From: Clostridiales bacterium
GTDB taxonomy: Bacteria > Bacillota > Clostridia > Oscillospirales > CAG-272
Assembly: GCA_021202555.1 (NCBI GenBank)
Contig: JAJQCT010000029.1
Location: 66,287 to 130,286, forward strand
DNA: 64,000 nt
Reading direction: 5' to 3'
This document shows, piece after piece, positions 63,242 through 64,000 of this stretch. The translations under genes and the position numbers were made by a program. Under the pieces are notes generated by a model that was not told where the DNA came from, ran no database searches, and saw nothing but the letters and a program-made list of their open reading frames with translations. Positions within the stretch are counted from its first letter, which is position 1. The number at the start of each line of letters is the position of its first letter.

Positions 63242-63973
63242 ATGACGGAGAGTACCGAGCTGGAAGGCAAGCCGACGGAATGCGGGAGTGATGTCGGGAA
63301 TCTGCAAATAAAAGAGTACGAAAGTACACCGGCGGAGCTGACGCTTATAAATGAAATCGAATCGGAAGGCATATCACCCGACCGTGCGGTCGGTGAGGGC
63401 GCGCAAGGCGAGAGCGCGGACGGCGGCAGCACAGACATTTTGCCCGCGACGGTTCCCTTGATTTGTCTTTTTTCGGGCGCGGCTGCCGCGCTCGCTCTGT
63501 TTAACAGCGACATCACGGCGTTTGATTATTTGCTTTCGGTGCTTGCGTCTGCCTTCGCGGATGAAATCACCTCTGCCGTCGGATTTGCGGACGCGGCGAT
63601 TATTTCGGCGTCGCGCCTTCCCTTCATTTTTGCGTCTGCCTTGCTGATTTTTCTTCTTTCGACGTCAGTTTTCGCAAACCGGTTTATCTCCGCATTTTCG
63701 TTTCTGCGCGGATTTCTCGCCGGCGCGGCTCTTTCCTCGTATATAATTTTGTGGAGGATGGGCGCCGGCGCCGCAGTGTTCGCGCTTCAGCTTACACTAT
63801 TTTTCACATCATTGGCGGCGACTGTTTTCAAAATAATTCTTGCCGCCTCTGCGGGAAGAATGCCTACGTCGAAAAAATCGGCACGGCTCTCCCTTTTTCT
63901 GGCGATAGCGCTCGGCGCGGAATGCGCTGTTTACACGGTTGTCATCGCGCTTTTTGCGTATGTCAGCCGATAA
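63242..63973 (+). CDS. Hypothetical multi-pass membrane protein
   Basis: Acidic N-terminus followed by five or six hydrophobic segments. ATG 63242 is preferred over the track start at 63164. Confidence 0.45.
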   Translation: MTESTELEGKPTECGSDVGNLQIKEYESTPAELTLINEIESEGISPDRAVGEGAQGESADGGSTDILPATVPLICLFSGAAAALALFNSDITAFDYLLSVLASAFADEITSAVGFADAAIISASRLPFIFASALLIFLLSTSVFANRFISAFSFLRGFLAGAALSSYIILWRMGAGAAVFALQLTLFFTSLAATVFKIILAASAGRMPTSKKSARLSLFLAIALGAECAVYTVVIALFAYVSR

Positions 63974-64000
63974 AATTTTATTTTTTGAAAGGACTGCTTG

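Overview
This is a 64-kb chromosomal window from a moderately GC-rich Firmicute. The gene content looks Clostridia-like: SufCBDSU, a split PurO/PurH, PdaA-type deacetylases, a YhbD/bactofilin cluster and an ECF sigma operon. Most of it is housekeeping. Left to right: a truncated GH3 glycosidase, sdaAA/sdaAB, sufCBDSU (minus strand), a relBE-type toxin-antitoxin pair, a ten-gene purine operon (purE-C-F-M-N, PurO-like cyclohydrolase, AICAR transformylase, purD, purL, fhs), ppa, argF behind ARG boxes, carA, and a carB that runs in frame into a DapF-like domain. Next come a YolD-like/Y-family polymerase pair, asnS, an aminotransferase and an ADP-ribosylglycohydrolase-pilB-pilC operon. After these are alr, a cysteine-rich cluster (zinc-ribbon protein, 33-aa microprotein, 595-aa Cys-ladder bactofilin-like protein, YhbD-like protein, short bactofilin) and an ECF sigma operon. 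The window ends with a GH43-methyltransferase fusion, a GH36 alpha-galactosidase, queC-yhhQ, a PrsA-like foldase, several acidic Thr/Glu-rich envelope proteins, an AT-rich islet of small membrane proteins, two CE4 deacetylases and a GNAT. I found no rRNA, tRNA, CRISPR array, transposase or integrase. The least explained content is non-coding. (i) A five-copy family of promoter-proximal multi-hairpin modules (F1) keeps its pairing and framing sequences while the stem sequences turn over. (ii) A second family (F2) is a roughly 140-nt structured leader that includes the start codon of two unrelated genes; one of its hairpins is expanded about five-fold in one copy. (iii) A 216-bp element is bounded by perfect 22-nt direct repeats and built almost entirely of palindromes. 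I could not match any of these to an RNA family or mobile element that I can recall. They are my best candidates for something undescribed, but every functional reading here is inference from sequence alone.
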